Counted from the stretch's first letter, positions 17,094 to 35,177 are shown. The stretch: 64,000 nucleotides of DNA from the human T2T-CHM13v2.0 reference genome, Homo sapiens (GCA_009914755.4 CP068257.2:29760001-29824000), one strand, 5' to 3'. The notes: a model not told the origin generated them from the sequence alone. Made by a program: numbers and translations.

Positions 17094-17749
17094 ACCTTCT
17101 CCTTTCTTAGATCTGACAGTCTCAAAGTTGAGTTTTCTCACAGACTGCCCCTCCACCCCACCTCCTGCTCCCCACATCTCTCTAGGTTGAGGTTCCACAG
17201 CCCACAGTCACTCCGCACACCGACTTCCTGCTCCTTGGATGCCAAGCACACAGGACTCCATGCTCAGCTCCACACACCAGCATCACCACCCCTCTCAAAG
17301 CCCCATTCAGACCTCCGCACCACAGGCCCGCTTCCCTTGCAGCCATGGCTTGTCCCCCAAGTTCTGCAAATACACCTCTGCCCCTCTCCATCTCTCCTCC
17401 AGTGGCCTTGCGGCCTTCTCTGGGCTGGAGGAAAAAAATCCATGCTCTCCCAAAGGCCTCCCTCCCTGGTGGGGGGCAGGGGACAGCTGGCTTTTTTTGG
17501 CTAAAAGTTCTAACCCTGTCCCCAAAAGCAATGAGAGCTAGGTGAAGGGCAAAGGGTTAAGGAGGCCTTTTTTTTTTTTATTTGGGGGCTTGGGGTTTTC
17601 TTTTAAGCAGGATTTATAAAGGCTGGCTGTTGATTCCTTTGAGAGAAAAAAGGAGATCCAAGTTTTCTCTGGCACTACACGAGACAGCCAGGGAAACGCA
17701 GCAACATCCTGTCCTGGGAACTGACTGAAGCAGTTATTAAAGTCAATGG

Positions 17750-18480
17750 AGGCAGCACTGAGGGCGTAGCAGTGTGTGTGTGTGAGTGTGAGGTTGTGTG
17801 TGTGACAGTGTGGAGAGTGTGAGTGTACATGTGAAAGAGCATATATGTGTGTGAAAAAGGGTGTATGTGTGAGTGTGAAACAGTGATTGTGAGTGTGTGT
17901 GAGACTGCATTATGTGATTGTGAGCATGTGTGTGACAGTGTATATATTTGTGTGGGTGTGTCAGACTGTGTGTCTGATAGTGTGTGTAATGAGACAGTGT
18001 GTGTGTGAGTATATGTAGGAGACTGCGAGTGTGTGTGTGTATGTGTGAGCAACTGTGTGTAAGAGTGTGTGTGACGGTACGTAAATGAGACAGTGAGAGT
18101 ATGTGAGTGCGTAAGTGTATGAGACTGTGTGAGGGTGTTACGTATGTGAGCATGTGTGAGCGACTGTGTAAGAGTGTGTGTGATAGTGTGTATGTGTATG
18201 TGAGACAGTGCATGAGACTGAGTTTATAAGTGTGAGCATGTGTGAGCAACTGTGTAAGAATGTGTGCATATGTGTATGAGACTGTGTGAGAGTGAATTGA
18301 GTGTTAGTGTGTGTCAGTGACTATGTGTAAGTGTGTGTGCTGATATGTATATGTACGAGACAGGGCGTGAGAGTGTGTGTGAGTGTGTATGTGAGAGAGA
18401 CACAGAGAGAAAGAAAGGGAGGAGAGAGAGGCAGAGGGAGGGGAGAGAAAAGAGAGAGACCAACAGAGACAGAAAGGGAG
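17750..18480. repeat. Complex GT-rich (C-free on the plus strand) minisatellite with about 100 bp higher-order periodicity, ending in a roughly 120 bp GA polypurine tract
   Basis: Recurring units GTGTGAGC(A/G)ACTGTGT(GT)AAGA(G/A)TGTGTG at about 18045, 18150 and 18240. From about 18390 the sequence is gagagagacacagagagaaagaaagggaggagagagaggcagagggagggg. Confidence 0.85.
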
Positions 18481-19156
18481 AGTCTGAATCCAGTCAACGT
18501 GAGTCCTCCCACTGGCAGGCAGATAAATTACCTGGTGGTTTCCTGTGTCTGACGGCAACTAAAATAAGGCATACAAAAGCATGAACTCAGCTGAAGTGAG
18601 AGCATTAGGGGCCCGCCCCTCACTGGACGATGTTACAAAGAGCCCCTGAAAAACATTCCATGTTACATCACGGCCACAAGGCAAGTGGCTCCAAGGGTGA
18701 GTGGGCTCCTGACATTGAGGACAGGACTGTCCTGCCCACTGGGGATGATTTAGAACCTCTCTCTGCCTCCCACCTCAATCATAAAAGCACCCCCACCCCC
18801 ATGATCCTAAATGTCCTCAAAAGGGAAGTAGCACCCCACAGAAAATGAAACTCCTGAAATAATCCAAGGGCAAAGAGGAGAGTAAGAAGCTGGGGCTGTG
18901 CCTTGAACTTAAAATAATAATAATAACAAAATGCAGCAAATATTAAAAGCTAGAGATTTTAAATACAGGGGATGTCCTAGATTTCACTGTCTGGATAAAG
19001 GTGACTACAGAGCAGAAGTTAGCAAACTTCTTGTAAGAGGCCAGCAAAGAAGTATCTCAAACTCCAGGAGCCATTCAGCATGTCTCAACCCTGCCACAGA
19101 GGTGCAAAAGCAGCCGTGGAAGATAAATGTATACATGTGGCCATTTCCCAAGAAAC

Positions 19157-19463
<307 letters not shown>

Positions 19464-19604
19464 CAATAAATGTTATTTACAAAAACAGATGACAGGCGGG
19501 ATCTGGCCTGCAGGCGGGCTATGGTTTGCCGACTGCTGGGTATCAAGTGTAAGAACGTATGTAATGGGCAATCGGACAGCACTAGAAAGTGCATTTCGTC
19601 AGCT

Positions 19605-19908
<304 letters not shown>

Positions 19909-20207
19909 TCGTCAGCTCTTTTAAAGAAACAAGACGGCTACCCAAAGGAAAAGAAATCGTTATATCAGAAAGACACCTGCATTTTATATTTATTGCAGCA
20001 GGATTCACAGTAGCAAAGATACAGAATCCACCTCGGTGTCTATCAACAGATGACTGGATAAAGGAAATGTGACATATATACACAATGGAATAGTATTCAG
20101 TTGTGCAAATGAATGAAATCATGTCTTCTGCAGCAACCTAGATGGAACTGGACGCCGTTATCTTAAGTCAGACACAGAAAGACAAGTATTGCAAGTGCTC
20201 ACTTCTA

Positions 20208-21010
<803 letters not shown>

Positions 21011-21095
21011 AAAGCCCTGACTTCACCACTATGCTGCAATCTACGCATGTAACAAAATCAGACATGTATTCCATAAATTTGGACCACTAAACTAA

Positions 21096-21558
<463 letters not shown>

Positions 21559-24299
21559 CCTCTTTCTGCATATTTCATTGCACTCCATTCTCCCCTCAGT
21601 TTTGCTCCTGTCTTTGTCCCCTGCGAAAGGAATACGATTAAATTGATTATCATTCTGCTCCATTAAAAAACAATGGGTAAAATGTATTATCTAGCATTCG
21701 CCAGGCCCCTCATCACAGATATGCTGTTTCTTGATACCAGCTCCAGATCAGATTTGAAGTCCCAGGCAAAGAACGTGCAAACAGACCAACCAGATGCCAT
21801 CTCCTTCCACAGGGTTCCAGTGCCGCTAAATGAGATGAAGACCCAGTCCCAAAGCTGTGAGTGTGACTCAGCCAGTCCCCCCACAACACGAGCTGGGGTT
21901 ACGTCACCTGCACAAGGTCAACATCTGGAAAGCAGCAGAGCAACCGTGGTGATGGGAGTGGTGCATTCTTCCAAGTTCAAGGCAACTGCAAACATGACAT
22001 TTGGCGGATGACAAAGGCCTAAAAGGAGACTTAGGATTTGGTTCAACTCTGTACTTCATTCCCTACCACCTCAGGCTCTCAGGAGCCCATGGATTTTGCC
22101 ACTCTGAAAGCACAAGAGAGAGAATTCCAGAGTTGCGGAGAAAAATCTTTGGCAAGCCTCGAAAATGGCCAGAACTCATTTTCTTTGTGACAGCGGAACA
22201 TACAAGCTAAGGGTCCCCATGTAAAAGTTCCCGTCCTCTTGTGAATCTCCTTAACAACAAGGAGCAGTCAAGTGTCCGTAAGAAAAGCATAAATATACAG
22301 CTTATGTACACGTCTTCTGCAGGTGGTTTTCATCAGACTCAAAAGCGAAGCTGTCCTTTTTCTTCTCGAATCTAACAGTGAAGAATCCCAAAGGATATGA
22401 AAAGCTCTCAGAATGAATCAGCCACCACTGGGAAAAGCTTACTAACAGGGCTAATTCCAGGGGCCAGTGGCAGATGGAGGTGGGAGCAACGGCCCCTTTC
22501 TATGTGGCCAGTGAACAATCAAAAAAGCATCCCAGGTCAGCTGAGGACCCTCCACCATTTCCTCCTGTCTCTTGTCCAACTTGATGACTTCCAGAACTAA
22601 AATATTAAAGAGTGTCTACGTCAGGAAGTGACATCAACCAGAACAATATGAGCCTCTGAAGGACAGGTGTCTGGGCAGTTGGACCCGAACCATAGAAAAA
22701 AGAAATTCTCTCTTCTGTTGCCACCGGTGCAGATGGATGAGATCCGAGAATCATTTCCTCAGCGGGCAAAAACCCAGGGAAGAGGAACTGGAAAAAGGTC
22801 ACGTCCAAACAAATATGTCAACCAAACGAAGAGAGTCCCAAAAGGCACGGGCGGACACACACCGCCCACAATAGGAGAAAGCCACCACTGATTTGAAATC
22901 ATCACGCACTCCAAGGAACATTCTCACAAATGGCCCCTGGGAAAGTTTCTGTGGTCAGGTGGTTAGATGGCCCTAGGAGGCAGGAAGTCACAGAAAGGGT
23001 GTACCCCTGAGGGATGGGGAATGTTCTGTGACTCTTCCAACACTGAGTGTCTCCTTACACCTATAAAACTAAAGCTAGGGCAAAATCAGCAGTCCATGTA
23101 AAACAAATGGGAGAGCCTCAGCTATAGAATGTCTTCTTACCCAACGGCCCCAAAGCGTAAGAGAAAATCCCACTATCCCATATAAGATGTCTCTACAAAG
23201 TGCTTAGCACAAGGTCAGGAATCCTCAGTAAATTTAACCTAAATTTATAATGTTATTGGTTATCTTATTAACAACAACAATAATATTCATAGCTGCCAAT
23301 GAAGCAGGTGTTCCCTCCAGAGATTAAAAACTCAGTTACCGTCTAAGCAAACCCATTGAGTTCGCTAATGAACCACTTTCTGGAAATCATAGCTATTCAA
23401 AATATTCTTTCAAAGTCCAGTATCCCCCATGTGCAAACACTTGCAGTGTCTGCCCCTTCTTCCCCTCCCATTTCTAACCCAGCAATCAGGGATATGGGTG
23501 ATCAGTTACTGATGCTAGGACCCAATGTCCTCATTCCAACTAAAATACAACACACTACCTTCACCCAGCTTGCTTTTCTCTGTCGCCACAATTTTTCTCT
23601 CCTTTACTTCTCCACTATATGAAGAAATGGTAGGATTGTTGTGGCCTCTTCTGGTTTTACCATTCTCAGCTTCTACACCCTTTTCTTCACATTGCTTTGT
23701 TTCCAAGGGCTCCATGACTCCGTTTTACTGGTCAGGGAAGATAATTTGAACGTTTGAGCTCCTGGGTGATGTGGGGACAAAACTGGCCTCTCATTCATTT
23801 TTGGCCATGACCCAACAGAATGCCTTCCCCACACTGTCTCCTCCATGTCTCTGTCTCGGCCACCTCCCAGGTCAAGCTCATCTTTATCCTAGTTTATGAC
23901 CACAGGCTCCTAACAGACATCCTGCCTTCTAGGCCTCCTCCCACCAACCAGCCTTCCCAATGCTACCCAAGGGATTTCTCTCCAAGGCAGGACATAGATT
24001 TCATTCTTCCCTAATGAGAAGCTTTCAGTGGCTTTAACTTTCTGTTAGTAAAATTCAAGCTCTTTGGGGTTACCTTTAAAAAGGCCTCCATAACGTGACG
24101 CCAGTGGGGCTCTCTCTTCTCCCCTCTCGCCAAATCCTCACAAATCCTATATACCAGCCCCATAGGACAACTCCTCTCCTATTGTGCCCTGCACCTTCAA
24201 CACTCCACCATTTCCCTGCATGCCTCTGCCACCCGATACCTCCCAACTCTGGCTAGTCTTCGAAGCACCCTGCAAGATATGCCTCAAATACTGTGCATT

Positions 24300-24720
24300 C
24301 CACATAGTGAAATTTTTTTAATTTTAATAGTTTTGGGAGTACAGGTGGTTTCTGGTTACATGGATAAGTTCTTCAGTGTTGATTGCTGAGATTTTGGTGC
24401 AGCCATCACCCAAACAGTATACACTGTACCCCAAATGTAGTCTTTTATCCCTTACCCCCTTCCCAACCTTTCCCCCTGAGTCCCCAGAATCCATTATATC
24501 ACTCTTATGCCTTTGCATCCTCATAGCCTAGTGCCCACTTATAAGTGAGAACATACAATATTTGGTTTTCCATTCCTGAGTTACTTCACCTAGAATAATG
24601 GCCTCCAGCTCCATCCAAGTTGCGCAACAGACATGATTTCATTCCTTTTTGTGGCTGTTCCAAGGCAAATATATGCCACATTTTCTTTATCTACTCATTG
24701 GCTAATGTGCACACAAAGTG
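24300..24720 (+). mobile_element. L1 fragment (ORF2 C-terminal / 3' region of an older L1PA/PB-type element)
   Basis: cccacttataagtgagaacatacaatatttggttttccattcctgagttacttcacctagaataatggcctccagctccatccaagttg ... ccacattttctttatc is a classic L1 segment. Confidence 0.6.
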
Positions 24721-24937
24721 AAGTTTAATATCCAGATAAAAGTGATCACTTGCTCAGCGCTCTCAACCACTTGGCCTACATGACACATATTAAGGGGGAC
24801 TCCTTAAACTATGTTGGGACATCATGTAGTGGGCCCTAAAGTGAATCAAATTAACATCTGATATGATCCAAGCAAAGATCTTGGTGTGGGACCGAATCAA
24901 CAAGTCAAAGGAATGTCTTTAATGGGGATGCTGCCTG

Positions 24938-25640
<703 letters not shown>

Positions 25641-26061
25641 AGCAAAAAGCAAGCACTTGCCATCAGGGACAGAAGAGAACAGATGTACACCTGCAGGTCA
25701 ATTCCTGCCACACTCTACCTGTGCAGTCAGGGACATGGAGGTTTTCAACAGGATGACCAGGGACAGTCTCGCTGAAAAAGAAACATGACAGAACCCACAC
25801 CTGAAGGGGGTACATTATGTAACTACCTGGGGAAGAGTGCTCCAGGTAGAGAGACACAGGACAAGAGGCTTGAGGCTGGCACTTGCCATATGAATGAGCA
25901 ACAGCTGAGTGGAGAGAGAGAGAAATTGAAGATGGGAAGGGGCAGCTCAAGTCAGCCAGGAACCACTGTGAGCCCTTCAGTTTTTATTTCGGGGCAATTG
26001 GAAAGGCCCAAAAGGTACTGAGCAGAGTGACACTATCTGACTTTTAAAAAGGTGCCCTCTA

Positions 26062-26379
<318 letters not shown>

Positions 26380-27760
26380 TTAGACACAGGGTGGTGGGAA
26401 GGCAAGAGAAAAAGCAGCATCCAAATGCAAATTAAACAGCTGCTGTTTTCAGGCAGGGACTGAAAACACCAGCTACCAACTTGGATTTAAGAAAATGGCC
26501 AAGGGTGTCCACTCTCCCCTACCCCGGTGGCTGCAGATACAAAGACCTGCAGCATCCTGGCGAGGGATGAAAGGAGAGCTCTCTGTAGTTTTTCAGGCCA
26601 ACTCCACAGAAGCTATTAGAAAGGTTAGCAATAAGTGCAGCCCAGCTTTAAACACAGGAGTTAGAGGGGTCACCTCAAATGAAAAGGAGACTGAGAGACA
26701 ACCTTCTCTTGGGAGCTCCCCTGGAAACAGAGGAAAACACACCGCCAGAGAAGAAAGTCGCCCTGAAAATACCAACGACACTGGACTTTGCACAGAATCA
26801 GCTTCAGAGAGAGGCCTTTTGCTGCAAGCAGGGTGGCGAGGCCTCTTAGAACTACCGTTTCTTTTACTGCAGTTGAAGGAAAGAAAAAGGAGTCAAGGTC
26901 ACACACTCAGGTGGCTTTGAAGCCCAGCCCCCACCGAGCGGTCTAGCCCAGTAATCCTAGGTTGAAGATGTGTGCAAATTACTCTTCTCTGCACCTCCCA
27001 TGGTCTCCACGAGATCTGCCGGGCACACCAGGGCTGGCCAGTGACCCTCCTGAAGGAGCTTCAGCTCTGGAATCAACTCAGCCTGAGACCCTGGTAACTA
27101 AACTCCTCCAACCTCCTCGCTTCTCCTCCAAAAATCGGTATTCAGTGAGATTCACGTATGAAGAGCACTCAGCACAAGGATGGTACTCAGCAAAGGGGAG
27201 TTATTATTGGGATCATTATTGCTAATTCTCTTCAGCTGCACATGAATGCGTGAGAAATTCATGTTAAGTAAAGTAAAATAATGGAAACATTCACTGGTAC
27301 CATAAGCAATAGATGCATCATCATTAAACAATAGAGTGATAAAAAAAGGACAGTGACGCACCTTGTATAGCGATGTGTCATCTAAAACATCTATTCAAAG
27401 AACAGAAGACTCACCTTCAGTTAAATGCCATCCTCCCCAAGATCTTGATCCTTCGGAGATACAAAATCTTCAGCAACACTTACAAGTGAGCTGTTAATAC
27501 TAGTATGTCCAGACGCTGATGACAGCATTTAAAACCCTCTTTCTGGACACTAATTCAGCAATAATATGCATTAGATGCGTTTAACAGTTTAAACTCTTTT
27601 TCCAGTAAATCTGTGTTTAAAATTTTTAATCTAAGGATGGAATAAAAGATACAAAGATTTACACACAAAGAAGTTAATACACCCCACAAGTAGAAAAACA
27701 AAAGTGGAAAACAAAATGATGAGCAAAAAGAAGCAATTAAATAAACTACATAACATCCTA

Positions 27761-28068
<308 letters not shown>

Positions 28069-28821
28069 CTATATAACATCCTTATAAGAAACTTCTCTGC
28101 AATTTTTGAAAAAGCGACTTTAGGAAAAATATCTGTCAGGAGAACCTGAGCTACCTGAGAACCTAGCAAATGGGCAAGGTTGGATGAGATGCAATTTCCT
28201 GACTTTGCCACATAATAATAATGATATGTCATGGTATAGAAAACAAGCCTTGAAAGGGACAAAACAGCTCATAGCCCAGGACAGCCACATCAGCCTCCAT
28301 GTCTGTAAAAAATACCCATGCACCAGAGCCTTCTCCTCTTCTGTTGCATCTCCTCTGGACATCAGTGAACACAAGCTCCACAGAAATTCCAGGAACTAAT
28401 AGAAAGAACCAGTTGACCTTTCCAGGGAGGCTTACTTAAGGGAAATTTGTGAAAAACTTTTCCAGTATCCCAGACCCTAAAGAGTCTAAAGGTGAGTACA
28501 TGCAATAAAGCCTCGAAGCAAAGCATATCAGATTGTCCAAAATGATGCAACCATTTAGAATTCATTGAAATGACCACCTGACTTGTTTTACTGTTGTCTA
28601 CATCATTGTTAGTGTTGGATGTGGTTTTAACCAAGTGTGTATTTTCCAAACTTTGTCCAGCAGAGTAGAATTGCTTTCAGAACTCAAACTTCTATATAGG
28701 GGGTCAAATAGGGTCTCCCTCAAAATAGTGGGTCAAATAGGGTCTCCCCAAAAAATTCACATCCACTCAGAACTTCAGAATGTGACGTTGCTTGGAAATA
28801 GGGTCTTTGCAGGTGTAATTA

Positions 28822-29196
<375 letters not shown>

Positions 29197-29329
29197 CTAG
29201 TGGCCTTTAAAGAAGAGAGGACATACAGAGAAGGCCAAGTGAAGAGGGAGGCAGTGACTGGACGTTGCAGCTACAAGCCAAGAAATGCTAAAGATTGCTA
29301 GGAGCCACCAGAAGAAGAGTCGGGAAGAA

Positions 29330-29665
29330 TTCCTCCATAGAGCAGGGGTCCCTAACCCTCGGGCTGCTGACCGATACCAGTCTATGGCCTGTTAGAAGCT
29401 GGGCCACACAGCAGGAGGTGGGCAGTGGGCAAGCGGGTGAGCATTACCACCTGAGCTCCGCCTCCTGTCAGATCAGCGGTGACATCAGATTCTCATAGGA
29501 GCATGAACCCTGTTGTGAACGGCGCATGCGAGGGATCTAGGTTGCGCACTCCTTATGAGAATCGAATGCCGATGATCTGAGATGGAACAGTTTCATTCTG
29601 AAACCTTGGGTCCGTGGGAAAAACTGTCTTCCATGAAACTTGTCCCTGGTGATAAAAAGCTTGGG
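29330..29665. mobile_element. Intact copy of the palindromic MITE-like DNA-transposon element
   Basis: ggggtccctaaccctcgggctgctgacc...ccgcctcctgtcagatcagcggtgacatcagattctcataggagcatgaaccctgttgtgaacggcgcatgcgagggatctaggttgcgcactccttatgagaatcgaatgccgatgatctgagatgg...cttggggaacactg. There is an internal hairpin-forming palindrome and inverted termini. Confidence 0.5.
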
Positions 29666-29699
29666 GAACACTGCCCCAGAGCATTCAGAAGGAGCATGC

Positions 29700-30050
29700 C
29701 AGCCGGCTGCAGTGGCCACGCCTATAATCCCAACGTTGTGGAAGGCCATGGCAGGAGGACAGCTTGAGGCCAGACTTTTAAGACTAGCCTGAGCAACACA
29801 GTGAGACCCTATCTCTACAAAAGAAAAAAAAATTAGTCAGGCATGGTAGTGCACGCCAGTACTCCTAGCTACTCGCGAGGCTGAAGCAGGAGGATCTCTT
29901 GAGCCCAGGAGGTCGAGACTGCAGTGAGTTATAATCACACCACTGCACTCCAGTCGAGTTGCTGCAGGTAAACAAGAGTTCCATAGGCCTAGATAGGTGA
30001 CAGAATGACCCTGTCTCTAAAAAAAACAAAAAACAACAACAAAAAAAGGT
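29700..30050 (+). mobile_element. Old diverged Alu (AluJ-like) with an internal insertion
   Basis: gccggctgcagtggccacgcctataatcccaacgttgtggaaggccatggcaggaggacagcttgaggcc ... ccactgcactccagtc ... ctgtctctaaaaaaaacaaaaaacaacaacaaaaaaa. Confidence 0.7.
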
Positions 30051-31063
30051 AGCATGCCTTGCCAACACCTTGACTTCAGGCTTCTGGCTTCCAGAGAACT
30101 GCGAGAGAATATATTCCTGTTTTTGTAAGCCACCAAGTTGGTGGCAATATGTGATGGCAGCCCTAGAAAACTAATACAACCTACATACAAAAGTCTCAAA
30201 GTAAAGACAAGAAAATCACACAAAAGAGGGATTATTGAGAGGAGAGAATATTAAGAACACATGTTACTTTACAGCTCCGTCTCAGGATACGTATCAAGGA
30301 TGGAAGATACTCCTGAAGAAATGCTGAAAGCTAAAATTAAGATTTTATAAGCAGTTTTCTTGTTCCTCTGAGCAGTGGTTCCGAAGCATTGGTGTGCATA
30401 AGCGTTACGTGGCAAGAGCATTAGAGTGCAGACTCCCAAGCCCCCACCCAAGATCCTGATGCAACAGATGGTATTTTTAACAAGGAACCCTAGATTCCAG
30501 TGACACTGGCCTCCTGATCACATTTACGAGAAGTCTGTTGGGAGCTGAACATACATATAACAAAAACATCCTCTGGGGATGTTCATCAAACTCCCTATCC
30601 AGCAACCCAAAACCAGATGACCCCTTGATGCCTGTGCTCACACCATCCACGACTGCCACCAGCAATGTCCTGTGCCTCCACCTGCACTCCACCTTTGCAC
30701 CAATGAGCACCTCTCATGAACACATTGAGTATCTTTGTACCTTTGCTCATGATCTCTACTCAGGGGTTCCTCTCCCTGCCATGGACATATTGGCTTTCTA
30801 AAGAAAGTTTGTTCACCTTCCAAAATCCCAATTAAGCATCATTGCTCCGTAAAGATTCCCTAGCATGCTTAAGGGAGAATCATCCATTGCTCCTGCAGCA
30901 CACTGGACCAGCCTGCAGCATAGACAGCTGTCTGCCCCATGACATGGGGCGCTCCCTACAGGCCCAGTCTCTCTCTCTCTTTACTGTATCACTGTATCAC
31001 TGTCACCTAACAGAGTCACTTAAAAGTCACTTAATACACACTGATTGAGGGGGTTCCTGATAA

Positions 31064-31394
<331 letters not shown>

Positions 31395-31833
31395 CACTAT
31401 CTTGAAGATGTGAAATAAAAGTCAAGAGTAGCCTACCCTCGCTGTCCCTGCCCCATCATTATACACATTCAGAGAATCCACAGTTTCTCCATTATAGAAA
31501 CTAGCACACTTGTGATTAATATCAGCATACTAATTCACTTAATGTCCATCTTCCCCACAAGCCTGTGAGCTCTCTGCAGCCAGGGGCTGTGTCTGCTATT
31601 TACTGCTGTACCTCTAGGCCCTAGCCCTATAACGAACTCATGGTGATAAATGAATCCTTCACATGTGAGATCATTTGGCATCCTAGAAAGTTGTAAAAAA
31701 AAAAAAAACCTTGAAAACATTATGCTACGTGAAAGAAGCCAGTCACAAAAGACCACACATTTTATGATCCCATTTATATGAAACGTCCGGAATAGGCAAG
31801 GCCACAGAGAAAGAAAGTAAATTAATGATTATC

Positions 31834-31849
31834 GGGGGGGGGGGGGGGG
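31834..31849. repeat. Poly(G)16 homopolymer
   Basis: Direct read: atcgggggggggggggggggtcaagg. Confidence 0.95.
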
Positions 31850-32740
31850 TCAAGGGAGTTGGGGAGAAATAGGGAATGATTTGGGGCATGATGAGAGTGT
31901 TCTGAAGTTGATTGTAGTGATGATTGCACAACACTGAGAATATACTAAAAAACCACTGAATTATACACTTTACGTGCATGAATTGCACGGTGTGTGAATT
32001 ATATCTCAATAAAGCTGTTAAAGTTATAGAAGTTCTGCTGTTACAGATACTTGAAAATTAAGTTTGCTCAGAAAAGGAAAATGGTCTAATTGGGAGAAAC
32101 CATGGAAATCTTTTAGAAGACGCATGGTCTTCTTTCTTTTTCATTTTTAATAGATGCAGATTCGGTTTTATTTAGTATCCTGTAACTAGAGCTTAAATGC
32201 TTGTGAACATCTGGTCTGAGCTGCTCATTTCTAAAGAAATAAAAACTGAGACTCAGAAGTTCAGTGATTTGTCTACGATCTCACAGCCAGTGTGAGGAAG
32301 CTTAAGATTCAAACTCAATCACAGCTATTCACAGAAGAAAAAGGGTGGATTTGTGGATGCCATCCAAGTACCCACCAACAGGTGTGTGGATAAACGAAAT
32401 GCGGTGTAGACGTTCCATGGAATATTATTCAGCCTTAAAAGGAAAAATATTCTGACACATGCTACAATATGGATGAACCTTGAAGACATTATGCTAACTG
32501 AAATAAACCAGTTGCAAAAAGAGAAATCCTGTGTGCTTCCACTTATATGAGGTACCTAGAGTACCAAATTCATAGAGAAGGAAGGAAAATGGTGGTTGCC
32601 AGGGGCTGGGGGAGCAGAGGGAGAATGTGGAGTGATTATTTATTAAACACAGAGTTTCCGTTTCGCAAGATGAAAAGAGTTCTGGAGACTGCACAGGAAT
32701 GTAAATTAACTGTACTGAACTGTACACATCAAAAGTGCTA

Positions 32741-33063
<323 letters not shown>

Positions 33064-33542
33064 CTAAGATGGTGAATTTTATATTATTTTACCGTAATTA
33101 AAAATAAACAATTTTTTTAAATCCAAAGTCAAGTCTCCTAACTCTCATCCTGAACTCTCTTCCACGGTGGCCCTTCCCGGACCCAGTGGAATGCACAGAT
33201 GGAAAGGAAAGCAGGCTGCTTGCTCAGACTTCACAACGGAGAAATCAGAGAGGCCCAAGTCACTGCTTCCAAGGAATTTCGAGAATTTTAACAAATCTCA
33301 GCAGGAGCAATCAGTACACAGATCAATAAAATGGAGGCCACTCCACAGGTCTGAGTCTTCCCAAAACGCAGCCCTGCCAAGAGGTAAATGGATGGCAGCA
33401 AAAGATAATCTGGTATTGAGTGCCAAGCAGGTTAGACAGCTTCTCAGACTTAAATGAGTTTAAGTCAACTAGGGATCTTGAGATTCTGTGATTCTGGTTT
33501 AGTTGGTCTGCAATTACGCATTTCTAACAAACTCCTACATGA

Positions 33543-33998
<456 letters not shown>

Positions 33999-34004
33999 CC
34001 AGAC

Positions 34005-34200
34005 CATTTTAATAGTTTTTGGGGATCAGGCGGTTTTTGGTTACATGGATAAGTCCTTTAGTGGTGATTTCTGAGATTTTGGTGCACCCATCACCCAAGC
34101 AGTGTACACTGTACCCAGTATGTGGTCTTTTATCCCTCACCCACCTCCCACCCTTCCTCCTGAGTCCCCAAAGTCCATTGTATCACTCTTATGTCTTTGC
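34005..34200 (+). mobile_element. L1 fragment (same L1 region as 24300-24720)
   Basis: ggttacatggataagtcctttagtggtgatttctgagattttggtgcacccatcacccaagcagtgtacactgtacccagtatgtggtcttttatccctcaccc. Confidence 0.55.
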
Positions 34201-34919
34201 ATAAGGGCCCGCTTTTTAACACTTTGAGTAGCTGGCGTAGCAATGAAACTACATCACATTCCTTACCCCAAATGAGAAGCCACCTTCTCAGACTTGGGGC
34301 TCCATGGGATCATTCTATTTTCAGTAGATCTAAGCACACGATGACAAGCCAACACATTTCAGCTCACTTTAGGTTGAGTTAGAAAACATACATATTTCAC
34401 TTCCACGGTTTGTGAAAATGAAATCTTCATTATGTTAAAATCAGGCCAGTGGATTGGTTGCTTGATTGCAGGGGAAGGAAAGAAACCAACTGTGGTCTGT
34501 TTCTAAAGGAAATATAAAATAGGACTTAAAACTCAGAGGTCAGTGGAATGTGGTCTAATAACTGATTCAGAAACTCACTCAGGTCCCTTGGTAAGCCACA
34601 ATGTCAGGAGCTACAACTGAAAGAGAGCCCAAACATTCCACTTTGCAGAGAGTCATAGCACGGTTTTTTTCAACTTTGGTTTTCATGAAGTCTGGGGTTT
34701 CATGCCAGTTCTTAGTGAAAATTAACTTGAAAGAAAAGTCATCAGAACAGCAAGAAAAAGCAATTTGTAAGGCCCAGAGCCTCATCAACCAACAAGACAG
34801 ATGCTATAAAGACAAGCACTTGAGGGAAATTAGAATATTTAATAACATGCTATGTTTTTGAGGGGCTTGGGGTGGGTGTTTTTAGTTTTTATTTTTATTT
34901 TATTATTACTTTTTTATAC

Positions 34920-35142
34920 ATAGTGTTTGTTGCCCAGGCTGAAGTGCAGTGGCACAATCATATCTCATTGCAGCCTCCAACTCCTGGGCTCAAGCAATCC
35001 TCCCACCTCAGCCTCCTGAGTAGCTAAGACTACAGGTGTGTGCCACCATGCCTGGCTCATGTCTTATTTTCTGTAATGACAAGATCTCGCAATATTGCCC
35101 AGGTTGGACAAATTCCTGGCCTCAAGCAATCCTCCCGCCTTG
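34920..35142 (-). mobile_element. Partial old Alu (minus)
   Basis: gtttgttgcccaggctgaagtgcagtggcacaatcatatctcattgcagcctccaactcctgggctcaagcaatcctcccacctcagcctcctgagtagctaagactacaggtgtgtgccaccatgcctggc. Confidence 0.7.
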
Positions 35143-35177
35143 GCAATATACTATGTCTTTAAGATTAAAGGTCATCG

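Noticed and set aside
17187-17545. Cluster of overlapping 66-105-aa ORFs on both strands in a C-rich block
   Set aside because: Overlapping ORFs in several frames and on both strands are what is expected from a GC/C-rich, stop-codon-poor composition. There is no CpG island and no domain-like content. Noted only as a compositional domain next to the minisatellite.
17675-18249. Minus-strand ORFs of 125 and 168 aa rich in His/Thr/Ser/Leu (17675..18052, 17743..18249) and 18304..18584 ORFs
   Set aside because: They are translations of the CA/TCAC-rich complement of the GT-rich minisatellite and the GA tract, which have low complexity and no stop codons. They are not coding.
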